Positions 20,382-30,636 of a DNA stretch of 64,000 nucleotides are shown in pieces. The notes under the pieces are model-generated. The model ran no database searches and had not been told where the DNA came from. It saw only the letters and a list, made by a program, of their open reading frames with translations. Positions within the stretch are counted from its first letter, which is position 1; the number at the start of each line of letters is the position of its first letter. Location: contig CBDCRP010000002.1 in NCBI GenBank assembly GCA_965221165.1, forward strand, positions 1,120,001-1,184,000, written 5' to 3'. A program made the position numbers and the translations under genes. The DNA is from a bacterium (GTDB taxonomy: Bacteria > UBA8248).

Positions 20382-20441
20382 ATGGGTAGAAAGCTGTTTG
20401 TCATCGTGGCGGCCGCGGCTTTTGCGGCGGCGGGGTTGCCG
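20382..20441 (+). pseudogene. 5' stub (signal peptide) of a secreted protein cut by IS3
   Basis: GGGGAG RBS, then MGRKLFVIVAAAAFAAAGLP, ending exactly at the IS terminal repeat. Confidence 0.6.
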
Positions 20442-21714
20442 TGACCTGCCCCCGATAGTTGTACCACTCCCTATGAGAGTCCTGGAACCATGGCCGGAGG
20501 GCGAAGCGGAGCGAAGCCCGGAGGCCATGGTTCATTCGTTTCAGGTGCCGGGGGCCGATAGCCCAGTGAACTGTGCGGCCTGATTCTGTTGTACACATGC
20601 CTCCAGCGCTCCACCAATACTTTTGCTTCATATAGCGTATCGAATCTCTCCAGATTCAGAAGTTCATCCCGCATCTTCCCGTTAAAAGATTCGACATATC
20701 CATTCTCCCAGGGGCTTCCAGGCTCGATGAAGAGCGTCTTCACGCCCAGGCGGGAGAGCCACTCTCTCACGCGTTTCGACGTAAACTCAGGGCCGTTGTC
20801 CGAACGAATGTGCTCGGGGAGCCCCCGCTTTACAAACAACTCGGTCAGCCGGTCTACTACATCCTCTGACTTGAGCTTTCTGCCCACATCAATCGATAAA
20901 CACTCACGCGTGAACTCATCCACCACCACGAGCATCCGAAGAGGGCGCCCATCGCGGGTTCTGTCGGCACAGAAGTCATACGCCCATACATGATTCGGGT
21001 GCTCTGGCCGCCTTCTCACGCAGGAGCCATCATTCAACCACAATCGCCCGCGCTTGGGCTGCTTCTGGGGCACCTTGAGCCCCTCCTGCCGCCAGATGCG
21101 CTCGACTCCTTTGTAGTTCACCCGCCAGCCGTCCAGCCACAACAGCCTAGTCACCCGGCGATACCCATAGCGCCCATACAGGCTCGCCAGCTCCACCACA
21201 CGGGCGGTGAGCCTCTCCTCATCGTCCCTGCAACGGGGCTGGTAGCGCTGTGTCGAGCGAGCTTGCCTCACGACACGGCAGGCATGCCGCTCGGACACGC
21301 GAAAGCGCTCATATACACGCTCCACAGCCCGCCTCCTCTTGGGCGGGCTCAGAAGTTTCCCGAGGCGACCTCCTTGAGAATGGCATTGTCCAGTGCCTGG
21401 TCAGCCACGAGCTTCTTGAGGCGGCCGTTCTCGCGCTCGAGTTCCTTGAGGCGCTTGGCTTGATCGAGGCGAAGCCCCCCGTACTCTTTCCTCCAGCGGT
21501 AATACGTCTGCTCGGAAACTTCGATCTTCTTGCAGGCTTCAGGGACACTCCGCCCTTGGGAAAGCAGGATCTCAGCTTCTCTCAGCTTGCCGATAATCTG
21601 CTCTGCGGTGTGGCGCTTCTTGCTCATGTAAATCCCCCCGATACGGGCGATCATACCGAAAGAGTACCGAAAATCCTCTCATTCAGCATGGACCGGTTTG
21701 AGGGGGGCAGATCA
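20442..21714 (-). mobile_element. IS3-family element, complete (orfA 21349-21627, orfB 20471-21325)
   Basis: Ends TGATCTGCCCCCC / TGACCTGCCCCC. orfB has the rve DDE motifs (WAYDF, SDNGPEF, ENGYVESFNG). A G-GGA-AAC slippery motif lies at the orfA end. No target duplication visible. Confidence 0.93.
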
Positions 21715-21808
21715 GTATTGTATTCAGCGGTCGACCCGGTAAATCAAGATTGATTTCAGAATTTAAGACACAAGCCGTTCGGTTGTAAAGCGTATAATCC
21801 TGAGAGAA

Positions 21809-22027
21809 GACTGGACCGAGCGCTATCGCACCACCCCCGTGCTCATTGAGACCTTCGTCGAGACCCCGCGCTACACCGTCGCCGTCTACAGGGCATCGGG
21901 CTGGAGCCACGTCGGTACGACCCAGGGACGCGGACGCTACGACAGGCGCAAACGCTACGACAAGCCCAAGAAGGACATCTGGCTGCAGCCGCTGCGGAGA
22001 AACTGGAAGCATATCCTCAATCGCTGA
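21809..22027 (+). pseudogene. C-terminal fragment of a DUF4338 (DruA-like, IS-associated) protein
   Basis: DWTERY..PVLIETFVE...YRASGW..VGTTQGRGRYD...KKDIWLQPL pattern; no 5' part. Confidence 0.65.
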
Positions 22028-22534
22028 AATACCTGCCATCACCCCGCGACTGAATGTTTACCCCGACAAGCGCGGACATGTCGTGCCTGGATATTGATCA
22101 AATCCGGTTGCAAAACGATTACGCTACCTGGCAAGACATAATCAGGCGGGTTGCGGTGAGCACTGATAAAGAATTGAAAAATAAATAGATAAACGATATT
22201 TGAGAGCGTGGAAATTCCCTGGAACTGCACAAGAACGACGCAGGTCGTGAAGCCGCACGTCATGAAGGCCCGCCCGCGCCCGGATGCGTTGCCAGGGATG
22301 GTCGATCTGGCGCATGTGCGTCCCCGGCTTCCTGCCGGGTATGACCCATGAATTGACCTACCACCGAAGAACGGAGAAAGAATTTTTCGATACCCTTGAT
22401 CGCATTCTGATGTTCGCCCTTTGCCACGACGAATTCCCCCGCTCGATATTTTGGGTATAAATCAAGCGATCAAAATCGATAAGAACCGCTTGCGGTTTCG
22501 CGGCGGAGTTCGCAAACAAAGCTGGCGTGCGCCG

Positions 22535-22864
22535 TCAGCCTGGATTCGCCATCACCGCATCTTTACCTTGCCGCCCGTCAACATGGAGCGTGACCCGCAG
22601 ACCGCCGTCGAGGGCAGCAAGCATCTTCATCAGCCGGTCCAGCGTAAACCGCCCCAGGTCCGCGTTGCGAATGCGCGAGAAATCGGCCGCGGCGAAGCGG
22701 GTCAGGGCGGCGGCCTTTCTCACCGAAAGCCCGCGGTCGTCCAGCACCGCGATGATCCGGGCCGCGAGAATCGCCTTGGCCTGTTTCAGGTCCGCAAGCG
22801 GATCGTCGAGGTCGCGAAACACATTACCGCTTCCCTCGATTAGTTCGAAATCGCTTTCACTCAT
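22535..22864 (-). CDS. XRE-family HTH antitoxin (HigA-like)
   Basis: GSGNVFRDL start and HTH (LSVRKAA...ADFSRIRNA...FTLDRL). ATGA overlap with the toxin gene. Confidence 0.88.
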   Translation of the reverse strand: MSESDFELIEGSGNVFRDLDDPLADLKQAKAILAARIIAVLDDRGLSVRKAAALTRFAAADFSRIRNADLGRFTLDRLMKMLAALDGGLRVTLHVDGRQGKDAVMANPG

Positions 22865-23211
22865 GGCAACAACTCCCTTTTCAGTCGCCCCAGCCGGTCC
22901 CTCACCAGATCGATCTCGGCCTTCGGAGTCTTAATCCCCGTTTTCGATTTCTTCCGGAACGCGTGGATCACCCATAGCCGTCCCGCAACTTCCGTCACGT
23001 AGACGACCCGCCAAGCATCGGTCCGGTACCGCACGGCGATTTCCATGACACCCGGCCCGAGACCCTTCAGCGGTTTCACGATGTCCGCTTTGCCGCCTTC
23101 AGCCGCAATCGTCAGCGCCGTGTTGACGCGATCCCGAACGGTCACGGGGAACGTCTCGAAAACCTTTCGCGCAGCCCTGACCCAGCCGATCGGCCTCGTA
23201 TTGTGGTTCAT
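22861..23211 (-). CDS. RelE/HigB-like (Gp49-type) toxin
   Basis: VKPLKGLGPGVMEI...WRVVY...VIHAFRKKSKTGIKTPKAEIDL; toxin-first order. Confidence 0.88.
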   Translation of the reverse strand: MNHNTRPIGWVRAARKVFETFPVTVRDRVNTALTIAAEGGKADIVKPLKGLGPGVMEIAVRYRTDAWRVVYVTEVAGRLWVIHAFRKKSKTGIKTPKAEIDLVRDRLGRLKRELLP

Positions 23212-23580
23212 TCCGGATGTTGTCATTATTGACTACACATGTCAAGCAAGCTAGGCGAGGTGACGCGGGATAGCGGATTCCTACCCCGGACACGGCTGCC
23301 GGGCCGCGCGCAAAACCCGACGGTGCACACTTCCGGCACCGACCCTCGCGGCACGCGACACCTCATTTCCGGTACCCCGACAGGAAATCGGCTGCAATAC
23401 TGTCGCCGAACCGTTCCGCCGACTCCCGCACCGAATCCTGCGCTAGGTGCGCATGCATCGCGGTCGTTTCTACCTGCGTGTGACCGAACAGCCGGCCGAG
23501 CATCATCGGATGGCTTTCGGCCTGCGCCAGCGTCCCTCGACGCGCAGCCGTGGCTTAAATTGCGTTCGCATTACCCTTTT

Positions 23581-24700
23581 TCATATCACAGCGGTTTCGG
23601 CGGTAGCGTCCACGTTCATCAAGGCATCGATCCTGTCGGCGATGCGCTGTGAGGGTTCGCGGAGCTGCTCCACGGTCCAGTCGGCGGCGTAGCCTTCGGT
23701 GATGTCATCATCACGGGCATGGTTGACCAGCCGTTTGGTCAGCGAGCGCGGCAGCATCAGTTCGCGCTCCGCCACCGTGATGAAGACATTGCGCAGGCCG
23801 TGGAACCAGAACCGGGTCCCGGCGGCGCGCCCGATATCGACGTAATACTGGTGAATGCCGCCGAGATGGCCCGTCGAACTCATGGAGGACGGGAACACCC
23901 AGCCGTCCGGGTCCTCTCCGTCCGCCCGGCGGCGCTCGAAGATCGCCGCCAGCTGCCGGGTCATGGGAAGCTCCAGCGGTTCCCCGGTCTTGGTCTCATC
24001 GACCCGCAGGATACGCCGCTCCAGTTCCAGGCGCTCCCATCTGAGGGAGACGATCTCGCCCAGGCGCATGCCGGTGTAGACCCCGACCAGGAAGATGTCG
24101 CGGTGCGCGGGCGGAAGCCCGACGGCATCCACACCGGCTCGCCAGCGCGGCAGCACCTCGGAAGGGGCGGAGATGCGCCGCCGCCGCTTGGGGTGGTAGC
24201 GCCCGCCCCCGGCGAGCCAGAGTTCCACCGGGTTGAGCAAGCCCTCGTGATCGACGCAGGACCGGCGGTAGATGGAACGCAGCAGTGAAATCGTCTGATT
24301 GGCGCCCGCCCAGCCGTGCTCCTCGGTGATGAGGTTGAACCGCCCCTCGATGTCCCTCCGGGTAATGGCGTCGAGCGGACGGTTGTGCCAGCCGTGGAGA
24401 TTGATCCGCATGTTCTGGTGGTAGCGCTCCACCGTCCTTGCCTTGCGGTTGGGGTTGGCGGCCATGTAGTCATCGAACGCTTCTCGGAGGGTCGGCATTC
24501 TCCGCGCTTCTACGCGTTCTGAGGCGGGGTCGTCCCCTCCGGCGACGCGGCCGAGCAGTTCCTGGGCCATGCGCCGCGCCTTGTCGGGGGTTATGCGTCC
24601 GTAGCGCCCGAGGGTGACGCGCTTGTTGGGCACCTTGCGCCCGCCGTCTCCGGCGCGGTAGTTGACGACGAAGGTCCTGGTGCCCGAAGGCTGGACGCGA
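23581..24700 (-). pseudogene. Tyrosine integrase with arm-DNA-binding domain, 5' end apparently lost
   Basis: Catalytic TGMRLGEI, HGLR, NH..., Y. The upstream frame gives RVQPSGTRTFVVNYR (arm domain), preceded a few codons earlier by a stop with no start codon. Confidence 0.75.
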
Positions 24701-24945
24701 AGTCTTGCCGCTGCTCAAGGATGTGGAACCGGTTATTTTGGCTGATCCCCGAGAAAGCGAGTGAAAAACATTCTTTGGCATGTCATTTTCTTGTGGCGAC
24801 AGAACAAGGAGAATGGGTGGGGTATGGGATGAATAGAACATTCCCGCGCGATGAGCGAACAAATGCGCAACTGCAAAATTTAATCGAGGTTCTCGTTTTC
24901 GCCGATCCCGTATCGGGCGATGAAAATCCATAAAAGGAGGTTGGA

Positions 24946-26208
24946 ATGCCAGGCTATCCCGTAAACAGCAACTTGGAGCCCACCACCGAGCACTGGAGGA
25001 TATCGCAGCATTGTTTCTCCGAGGAAATCCGCTCGCAGATGACGCTTTCAGATGAATTTCAGCTTTGCGACATCACCTTGAGAGAAGGCAGGCAGTTGCC
25101 CGGCGTGTCCCTGAGGCGAGATGAAGTCATCCGCATTGCCGATGCGCTCGTCGACGCCGGCGTGAGCATGGTGCAGATGCACCACGACGATCCCCTGGAA
25201 ATGGAGGAGGTGAAAAAACGACACCCGGACCTCATCGTGGAAGCCCTCGTGCACCCCACCGCCGTCCTGAACCCCGAACTCGCCAAGGTGGAAGTCGACC
25301 TGAACGTGAACCACGGCGCGGATTACACGACCCTTTGTTTTTCCTTCTCGCCGAACCAGATGTGCCTGTTCGAATCGATGGCCGGAGACCCGGACATCAC
25401 CATCGAGCAAGCCATCGAACGCGCCTGCGGCTCCGTGGCCTACGCCCGGGAGAAATCCGGCCCCGACAAGAAAGTGGGCTGCCTGATCCAGGACTGCACG
25501 CGCATCCCCATCGAACGCCTGGCCGAAGTATGCGGCAAGCTCGTGGACGCAGGCGCCGACATGATCAAGCTCGACGACATCAACGGCATGGCCATCACGC
25601 CGGTATACACGTACGTCGTCCGCGAGATGAAGCGCCTGCTGCCCGGCACGCAAATCGGCCTCCACACCCACAACGACATCGGCATGGCGTGCGCCGCCTT
25701 GTATGCGGGTCTCGAAGGCGGCGCGGATTTGATCGACGCCTGCGTGAACGGGCTGGGCGAGCGCGCGCACATCGCGCCCCTGGCCGAAGTCGCCGCCGTG
25801 ATTCAGATTTATTACGGCATCGACTGCGGGATTAAACTCGATAAAATGTATGAGCTTTCCAGGCTCGTCTCCGACATCATGAAATGGCCCATGACGGACA
25901 CCATGCCCTTCGTCGGCAAAATGGCGTTCTCACACCTGGTCGAGGTGCACTATTGCGTGCCCGACACGGAAGAAGGCTTTTGGGCCTATTCGTGCATGAA
26001 GCCCGGGATTTTCGGAAACGGCATGCACAATCTTTTAGGACACTATTCCGGCAACTGGGCCATACGCACCAAGGCGCGGGAGTTGGGCCTCGATCTCCCG
26101 CAAGAGAAAGAAAAAGACGTGGTCGAGCGGGTTCGCACGGAGATCCGCTGGCGCAAGCGACAATTGGAGAATGAGGAATTCGAAGCCATCGTCCGGGAAG
26201 TTTGCTGA
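24946..26208 (+). CDS. LeuA/homocitrate synthase-like DRE-TIM metallolyase
   Basis: DITLREGRQ, HTHNDIGMA, NGLGERA. AGGAGG RBS. Confidence 0.85.
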   Translation: MPGYPVNSNLEPTTEHWRISQHCFSEEIRSQMTLSDEFQLCDITLREGRQLPGVSLRRDEVIRIADALVDAGVSMVQMHHDDPLEMEEVKKRHPDLIVEALVHPTAVLNPELAKVEVDLNVNHGADYTTLCFSFSPNQMCLFESMAGDPDITIEQAIERACGSVAYAREKSGPDKKVGCLIQDCTRIPIERLAEVCGKLVDAGADMIKLDDINGMAITPVYTYVVREMKRLLPGTQIGLHTHNDIGMACAALYAGLEGGADLIDACVNGLGERAHIAPLAEVAAVIQIYYGIDCGIKLDKMYELSRLVSDIMKWPMTDTMPFVGKMAFSHLVEVHYCVPDTEEGFWAYSCMKPGIFGNGMHNLLGHYSGNWAIRTKARELGLDLPQEKEKDVVERVRTEIRWRKRQLENEEFEAIVREVC

Positions 26209-26275
26209 GAAAAAGCGCTTTTTCGACGAAATACGCATAGTACCTCAGAGTTTATTCACCAAGTAAGGAGAAAGC

Positions 26276-27051
26276 ATGAAACTCGAAGGCAAAGTCGCAT
26301 TCATTACGGGCGCATCCGGCGGCATCGGCGGCGCCGTCGCGCGCACTTTCGCAAGCGAGGGGGCAAATCTCGCTCTGGCCGCCCGCTCCGTGGATAAACT
26401 CGAAGCGCTCGCCGAGGAGATAGAGGCCATGGGGCGAAGAGCCCTCGTCTGCCCGTGCGACGTCATGAAGGACGAGGACATTCTCGATTCGCTGCGCAAA
26501 ACGGCCAGTGCGCTCGGCCCCATCGACATCCTGGTGAACAACGCAGGCATCGTGAGCTTCGAGGCGGTGCACGAGCTTCCCGACGCGGTATGGGAGCGCA
26601 CCATGCAAATCAACGCGAAGGCGCCGTTCACGGCGATTCGTGAAGTCCTGCCCTCGATGCTGGAGCGAAAATCCAGAAAGATCATCAACGTGGCGTCGGT
26701 TTCGGGCAAAATCGGTCTGGCCTATCGGAGCGCCTACGCGGCGTCGAAACACGCCGTTTTGGGCCTCACCAAAGCGCTCTCCGCCGAAGTCGCCCCGTTC
26801 GGCATCACGGCGAACTGCATCTGCCCTACTTTCGCTCTACCGGCATGTTCGAGGAAAGCATCCAGAAGTGGGCCGACGAAACGGGCAAGACCTTTGAGGA
26901 ACAGGCGGAGGAGTTGAGAAACAGGGTGCCGATGAAGCGCTTCATCGATTCGGAAGAATGCGCCCCGCTGGCGCTTCTGCTGGCGTGTGACGATTCAGGC
27001 GGCATCACCGGCCAGGCAATCAACGTGGACGGCGGTTTCGTTCAATTCTAA
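26276..27051 (+). pseudogene. SDR oxidoreductase with a frameshift near 26835
   Basis: Frame 1 has TGASGGIG, NNAG, YAASK up to CICPTF. The C-terminus (TGMFEES...ITGQAINVDGG) is in another frame ending at 27051. Confidence 0.8.
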
Positions 27052-27064
27052 AACGAGAGACCAA

Positions 27065-27152
27065 ATGCGTCTGAGGGATAAGGTAGCCATTATCACGGGA
27101 ACGGGAAGCGGTTTGGGCGAGGCCACGGCCAGGCGCTTCGCGTCCGAGGGCT
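27065..27152 (+). pseudogene. 5' stub of a second SDR
   Basis: MRLRDKVAIITGTGSGLGEATARRFASEG, then unrelated sequence. Confidence 0.7.
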
Positions 27153-27225
27153 TCCCGACTAAACGGTGGGAGTTGGTCTGTCCAATACCGGACATTGTCG
27201 GGTCGGATACCCCGAGGCCCAAACA

Positions 27226-27906
27226 TCAAGGCTTATCCTCAAGCGGATGAAAAACACCCGTATCCGGATTCGCCGCCCACAAATGACCGGTATCAAGATC
27301 GAACCACCATCCGTGCAAAGCAAGGTCACCTCCATCGACCCGCTGTCGGATCCAAGGATAAGAGCGAAGATTGGTCAAGGAATTTAGAATGGAACGCTGC
27401 TCGACTAATGGAGCAATCTCAGCCGCTCCGCCGATCTCCTCCTTCGAGATGCAGGATAAAACCTCACGACAAACAGTATCTGCAGTCGCCAGCCAAGGGC
27501 CGAAAAACTCGAACTCCGGCAAGTCGACACCTAGAGCCGCGTCGATCGCCGCCGCGATCCCGCCGCAATGAGCATGACCAAAAACCACTATATGCGAAAC
27601 CGCAAGCGATTTTACCCCATACTCGACCGCCGCCATGATCCCTGCCCCGTGCATGGGCGCTTCGCGGGGACGATAGGGCGGCACCAGATTAGCGACGTTG
27701 CGGACAGTGAAAAGCTCGCCCGGACGGGCGCCCCAGAGCAACGCAGGATCTACGCGCGAATCACTACATCCGATTACCAGAATTTGAGGATTCTGTCCGA
27801 CGGCTAACTCCGGCATGAGGGACTCGTCGCCCTCATATTCCCTCTTGCGGAAAGCCTGCGCCCCTTTAACTAGGATAGACATGCAGTTGACGTTTAAATC
27901 GTTCAA
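27226..27906 (-). CDS. Beta-class carbonic anhydrase
   Basis: CSDSRV, RNVAN, HAHCGG zinc motifs, LHGWWFD. The start may be at 27882. Confidence 0.92.
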   Translation of the reverse strand: MNDLNVNCMSILVKGAQAFRKREYEGDESLMPELAVGQNPQILVIGCSDSRVDPALLWGARPGELFTVRNVANLVPPYRPREAPMHGAGIMAAVEYGVKSLAVSHIVVFGHAHCGGIAAAIDAALGVDLPEFEFFGPWLATADTVCREVLSCISKEEIGGAAEIAPLVEQRSILNSLTNLRSYPWIRQRVDGGDLALHGWWFDLDTGHLWAANPDTGVFHPLEDKP

Positions 27907-28250
27907 CTCGCGCTTCCGTTTAAGTGTGTTTTGAGAGTAAGGATTTCACGAACTTTATATCCGATGTTCAGAAACCCATGCAAGCTGTTCAACGGGCCTA
28001 CCACTCTCGCCTCTACTTTCATCTCTTTCGTTTCCATCCAGCCGAAACGCTGCGGCCTCAAAACGCTCCGCTTGCATTTTTCCGTCCTGCATGACACCCT
28101 TTTCTGCTCATGAATTACTGTTCGACCGATGTTTGAGACAGCGTATTCTCCGCCGCTTCATTCACTTTTCAGGAGATAAGCATCTGTATGTTCTCGACAT
28201 GAAATCAGAAAACTGAATCCGAGATGTCACATATTGGAGAGGAAACCGCC

Positions 28251-29408
28251 ATGAACCTGCCCTTTGATGAAGATAAGCTCAGCGTCTTGATGGAAGACGA
28301 GGGCGCGGACGTCGTTCTCGCCTCCTCGAAGGAAAACGTCCAGTACCTGCTCGGCGGCTACAAATTCTTTTTCTTCGCCCACAAGGACGCCATCGGCGTC
28401 AGCCGCTACCAGCCGTTGGTAGGCCTGCCGAAGGGCGCTTCCGATAAAGCATTCTATATCGGAAACATCATGGAAGGCTGGCAGCAGGAAGTCGAACCTC
28501 TATGGGTGCCCGAGAAGAAAAACAACCATTGGCACAGCGAACAAGCCGGCAAGGACGCGGCCGATTGCATCCGCAGGCTGGGTCATGAGAAAGGCACCGT
28601 GGCGGTGGAGAAATGCTTTCTTCCGGCGGATGCGTACGAGGCGCTTCAGGAAGAGCTGCCCGACGCCAGATTTATCGACGCCGTCTACCTGCTCGAAGAA
28701 CTCAGAGCCGTGAAGCAACCCCACGAACTCACCTTGCTGAAAGAGGCGTCCGAAACCATCGTCGAATGTATGCTCGACGTCATGAAGAGCACGCCTCCGG
28801 GCACCACCATGTACGAGGTCGCCGATGAGATGAAAAAACTCGAAACCCAAAGAGGACTCGATTTCGAGTACTGCCTCACCTGCACGGGGCCGAGCTACAA
28901 TCGCGCGCCTTCGAACGCCACGTGGGATGAGGGAAACATCCTCTCGCTCGATTCGGGCGGGAACAAGCAGGGATATCTGGGCGATCTGTGCCGCATGGCC
29001 GTCATGGGAGAACCCACGCCGCTCATGGAGGATTTGCTCGGTGAAATCCAGGCGGTGCAGACGGCCGCGCGCGCCGTGGTGCGCCCGGGCGTCACGGGAC
29101 AGGAAATCTACGAAGCCGCCCTCGCCGAGCAGGCCAGATGCGAGCACGACGAGGAGATGGTATTCCTCGCGCACGGCATGGGCATCATCCAGCACGAGGC
29201 GCCGCACCTCACCTCCTCGGGCGTCGTGCCCTACCCCGCCACCTATGAGACCAAGGGCCTCGAACCCGGAATGGTGGTGTCCATCGAAACCGACATCAAA
29301 AACCCCGAAGTCGGCTTCGTGAAACTCGAGGACACCGTGGTCGTCACCGAAGACGGCTCGGAAGGTTACGGTGACGAAGGACGGGGCTGGAACAGAGGCG
29401 GCGCGTAG
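28251..29408 (+). CDS. M24 (Xaa-Pro peptidase/creatinase/ectoine hydrolase-like) family protein
   Basis: LRAVK, DSGG...YLGDLCR, HGMG...HEAP, IET, KLEDTVVVT. Confidence 0.85.
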   Translation: MNLPFDEDKLSVLMEDEGADVVLASSKENVQYLLGGYKFFFFAHKDAIGVSRYQPLVGLPKGASDKAFYIGNIMEGWQQEVEPLWVPEKKNNHWHSEQAGKDAADCIRRLGHEKGTVAVEKCFLPADAYEALQEELPDARFIDAVYLLEELRAVKQPHELTLLKEASETIVECMLDVMKSTPPGTTMYEVADEMKKLETQRGLDFEYCLTCTGPSYNRAPSNATWDEGNILSLDSGGNKQGYLGDLCRMAVMGEPTPLMEDLLGEIQAVQTAARAVVRPGVTGQEIYEAALAEQARCEHDEEMVFLAHGMGIIQHEAPHLTSSGVVPYPATYETKGLEPGMVVSIETDIKNPEVGFVKLEDTVVVTEDGSEGYGDEGRGWNRGGA

Positions 29409-29440
29409 ATTCCATTTCGTGAAAGGTAAGGAACAAGCAG

Positions 29441-30616
29441 GTGGATTTTCGTATCAACCCTGAAAATGAAGATTTGCTCGAACGCGCGAAAATCTACGCC
29501 AAGGAAATCCTGGCCCCGAGAGCCGAAAAAATCGACCAGGAGGGGATTTTTCCCCGCGAGAATTTCAACGATTTGGCGAAGGAAGGCTTTACCTCCCTGA
29601 CGCTTCCGAAAGACCAGGGCGGTAGAGACCTCTATGAGGACACCGCCACCTACTCGATGGTCCTCTACGAGTTGTCCAAGGGCTGTACGAACACGGCCAT
29701 GCTCTTCCACATGCACAGTTCCATCTCGCACGTGATTACCTATCTGGGAACGGATGAGCAAAAGCGCAGATACAGCGAAATCATACGGAGTGGAAAAATC
29801 ATCGCGAGTTATGCGAGCGAGAACACCTCGAGCCTTCACGGCGTGTGGCGCATGGAGACGAAGGCGATCCGGGACGGCGACGTCTACAGGATCAACGGCA
29901 GGAAATACTTTTGCTCCATGGCCGGCGAGGCGGATTATTACGTGCTTTGGGTGCAGCTTGAAGACGAGGAAGACCTCACGAAAAGCCTGGGGTTGCTCAT
30001 CGCGCCCTCGGACAACCCCGGCTTCAAGATAGATCAGGAGTGGAACGCCTTCGCCATGCGCGGAACGATGAGCCACTCGATGATATACGACGACGTAAAA
30101 ATACCGGTGGAGGATCTGGTGGGCCGGGGCGGAGACCCGATACGCCCCGACGTTCTGCCCAAGTTCGGTTTCGGCTACTCCGCCGTCTACCTGGGCGCGG
30201 GCGGAGGCGCCTTCGATTGGGTGGTCAACTACGCGCAAACCCGAAAGCTCATGCCCGACAACGTGCCCATCGCCTCATATCCCGCCATACAGCGCCAGAT
30301 AGGGGAGATGAAGATAGCGCTCGAGGGCGCGATTCTCATGCTCCAGAGAGCGGGCTGGATGATCAACGCCCACGGAGCGGACAGTGCCTACGGCTCCATC
30401 AACGAGGCGAAATACGTTTGCGCGGAAGCGTCGGCCTTCATCACGGAAAAAGCGCTCAAGGTGGCCGGCGGCCCGGGGCTGTTCCGGCATAATCCGCTCC
30501 AGCGCTTTCACCGCGAAGCGAGAGCAGGCCTCATCATGCCGCCCAACACGGAAAAATGCCTGGAACTCACCGCCAAAACCGTGTTGGAGGGCAGCGCGAA
30601 CGTGCTGGGCTCATAA
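29441..30616 (+). CDS. Acyl-CoA dehydrogenase-family flavoprotein 1
   Basis: INGRKYFCS, MRGTMSH, ALKVAGG, LQRFHREARA. Confidence 0.88.
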   Translation: MDFRINPENEDLLERAKIYAKEILAPRAEKIDQEGIFPRENFNDLAKEGFTSLTLPKDQGGRDLYEDTATYSMVLYELSKGCTNTAMLFHMHSSISHVITYLGTDEQKRRYSEIIRSGKIIASYASENTSSLHGVWRMETKAIRDGDVYRINGRKYFCSMAGEADYYVLWVQLEDEEDLTKSLGLLIAPSDNPGFKIDQEWNAFAMRGTMSHSMIYDDVKIPVEDLVGRGGDPIRPDVLPKFGFGYSAVYLGAGGGAFDWVVNYAQTRKLMPDNVPIASYPAIQRQIGEMKIALEGAILMLQRAGWMINAHGADSAYGSINEAKYVCAEASAFITEKALKVAGGPGLFRHNPLQRFHREARAGLIMPPNTEKCLELTAKTVLEGSANVLGS

Positions 30617-30636
30617 ACAATGGAGGAACACCGCCG

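Noticed and set aside
21809-22027. DUF4338 fragment as a Druantia defence system
   Set aside because: Only a short C-terminal fragment is present, with no druE helicase or other dru genes.
26200-26240. LeuA-like gene ends Cys-TGA
   Set aside because: The protein is already full length and I see no SECIS-like stem downstream, so this is an ordinary stop.
26825-26850. SDR frameshift as programmed frameshifting
   Set aside because: No slippery heptamer or homopolymer at the site; a single-base deletion or sequencing error is simpler.
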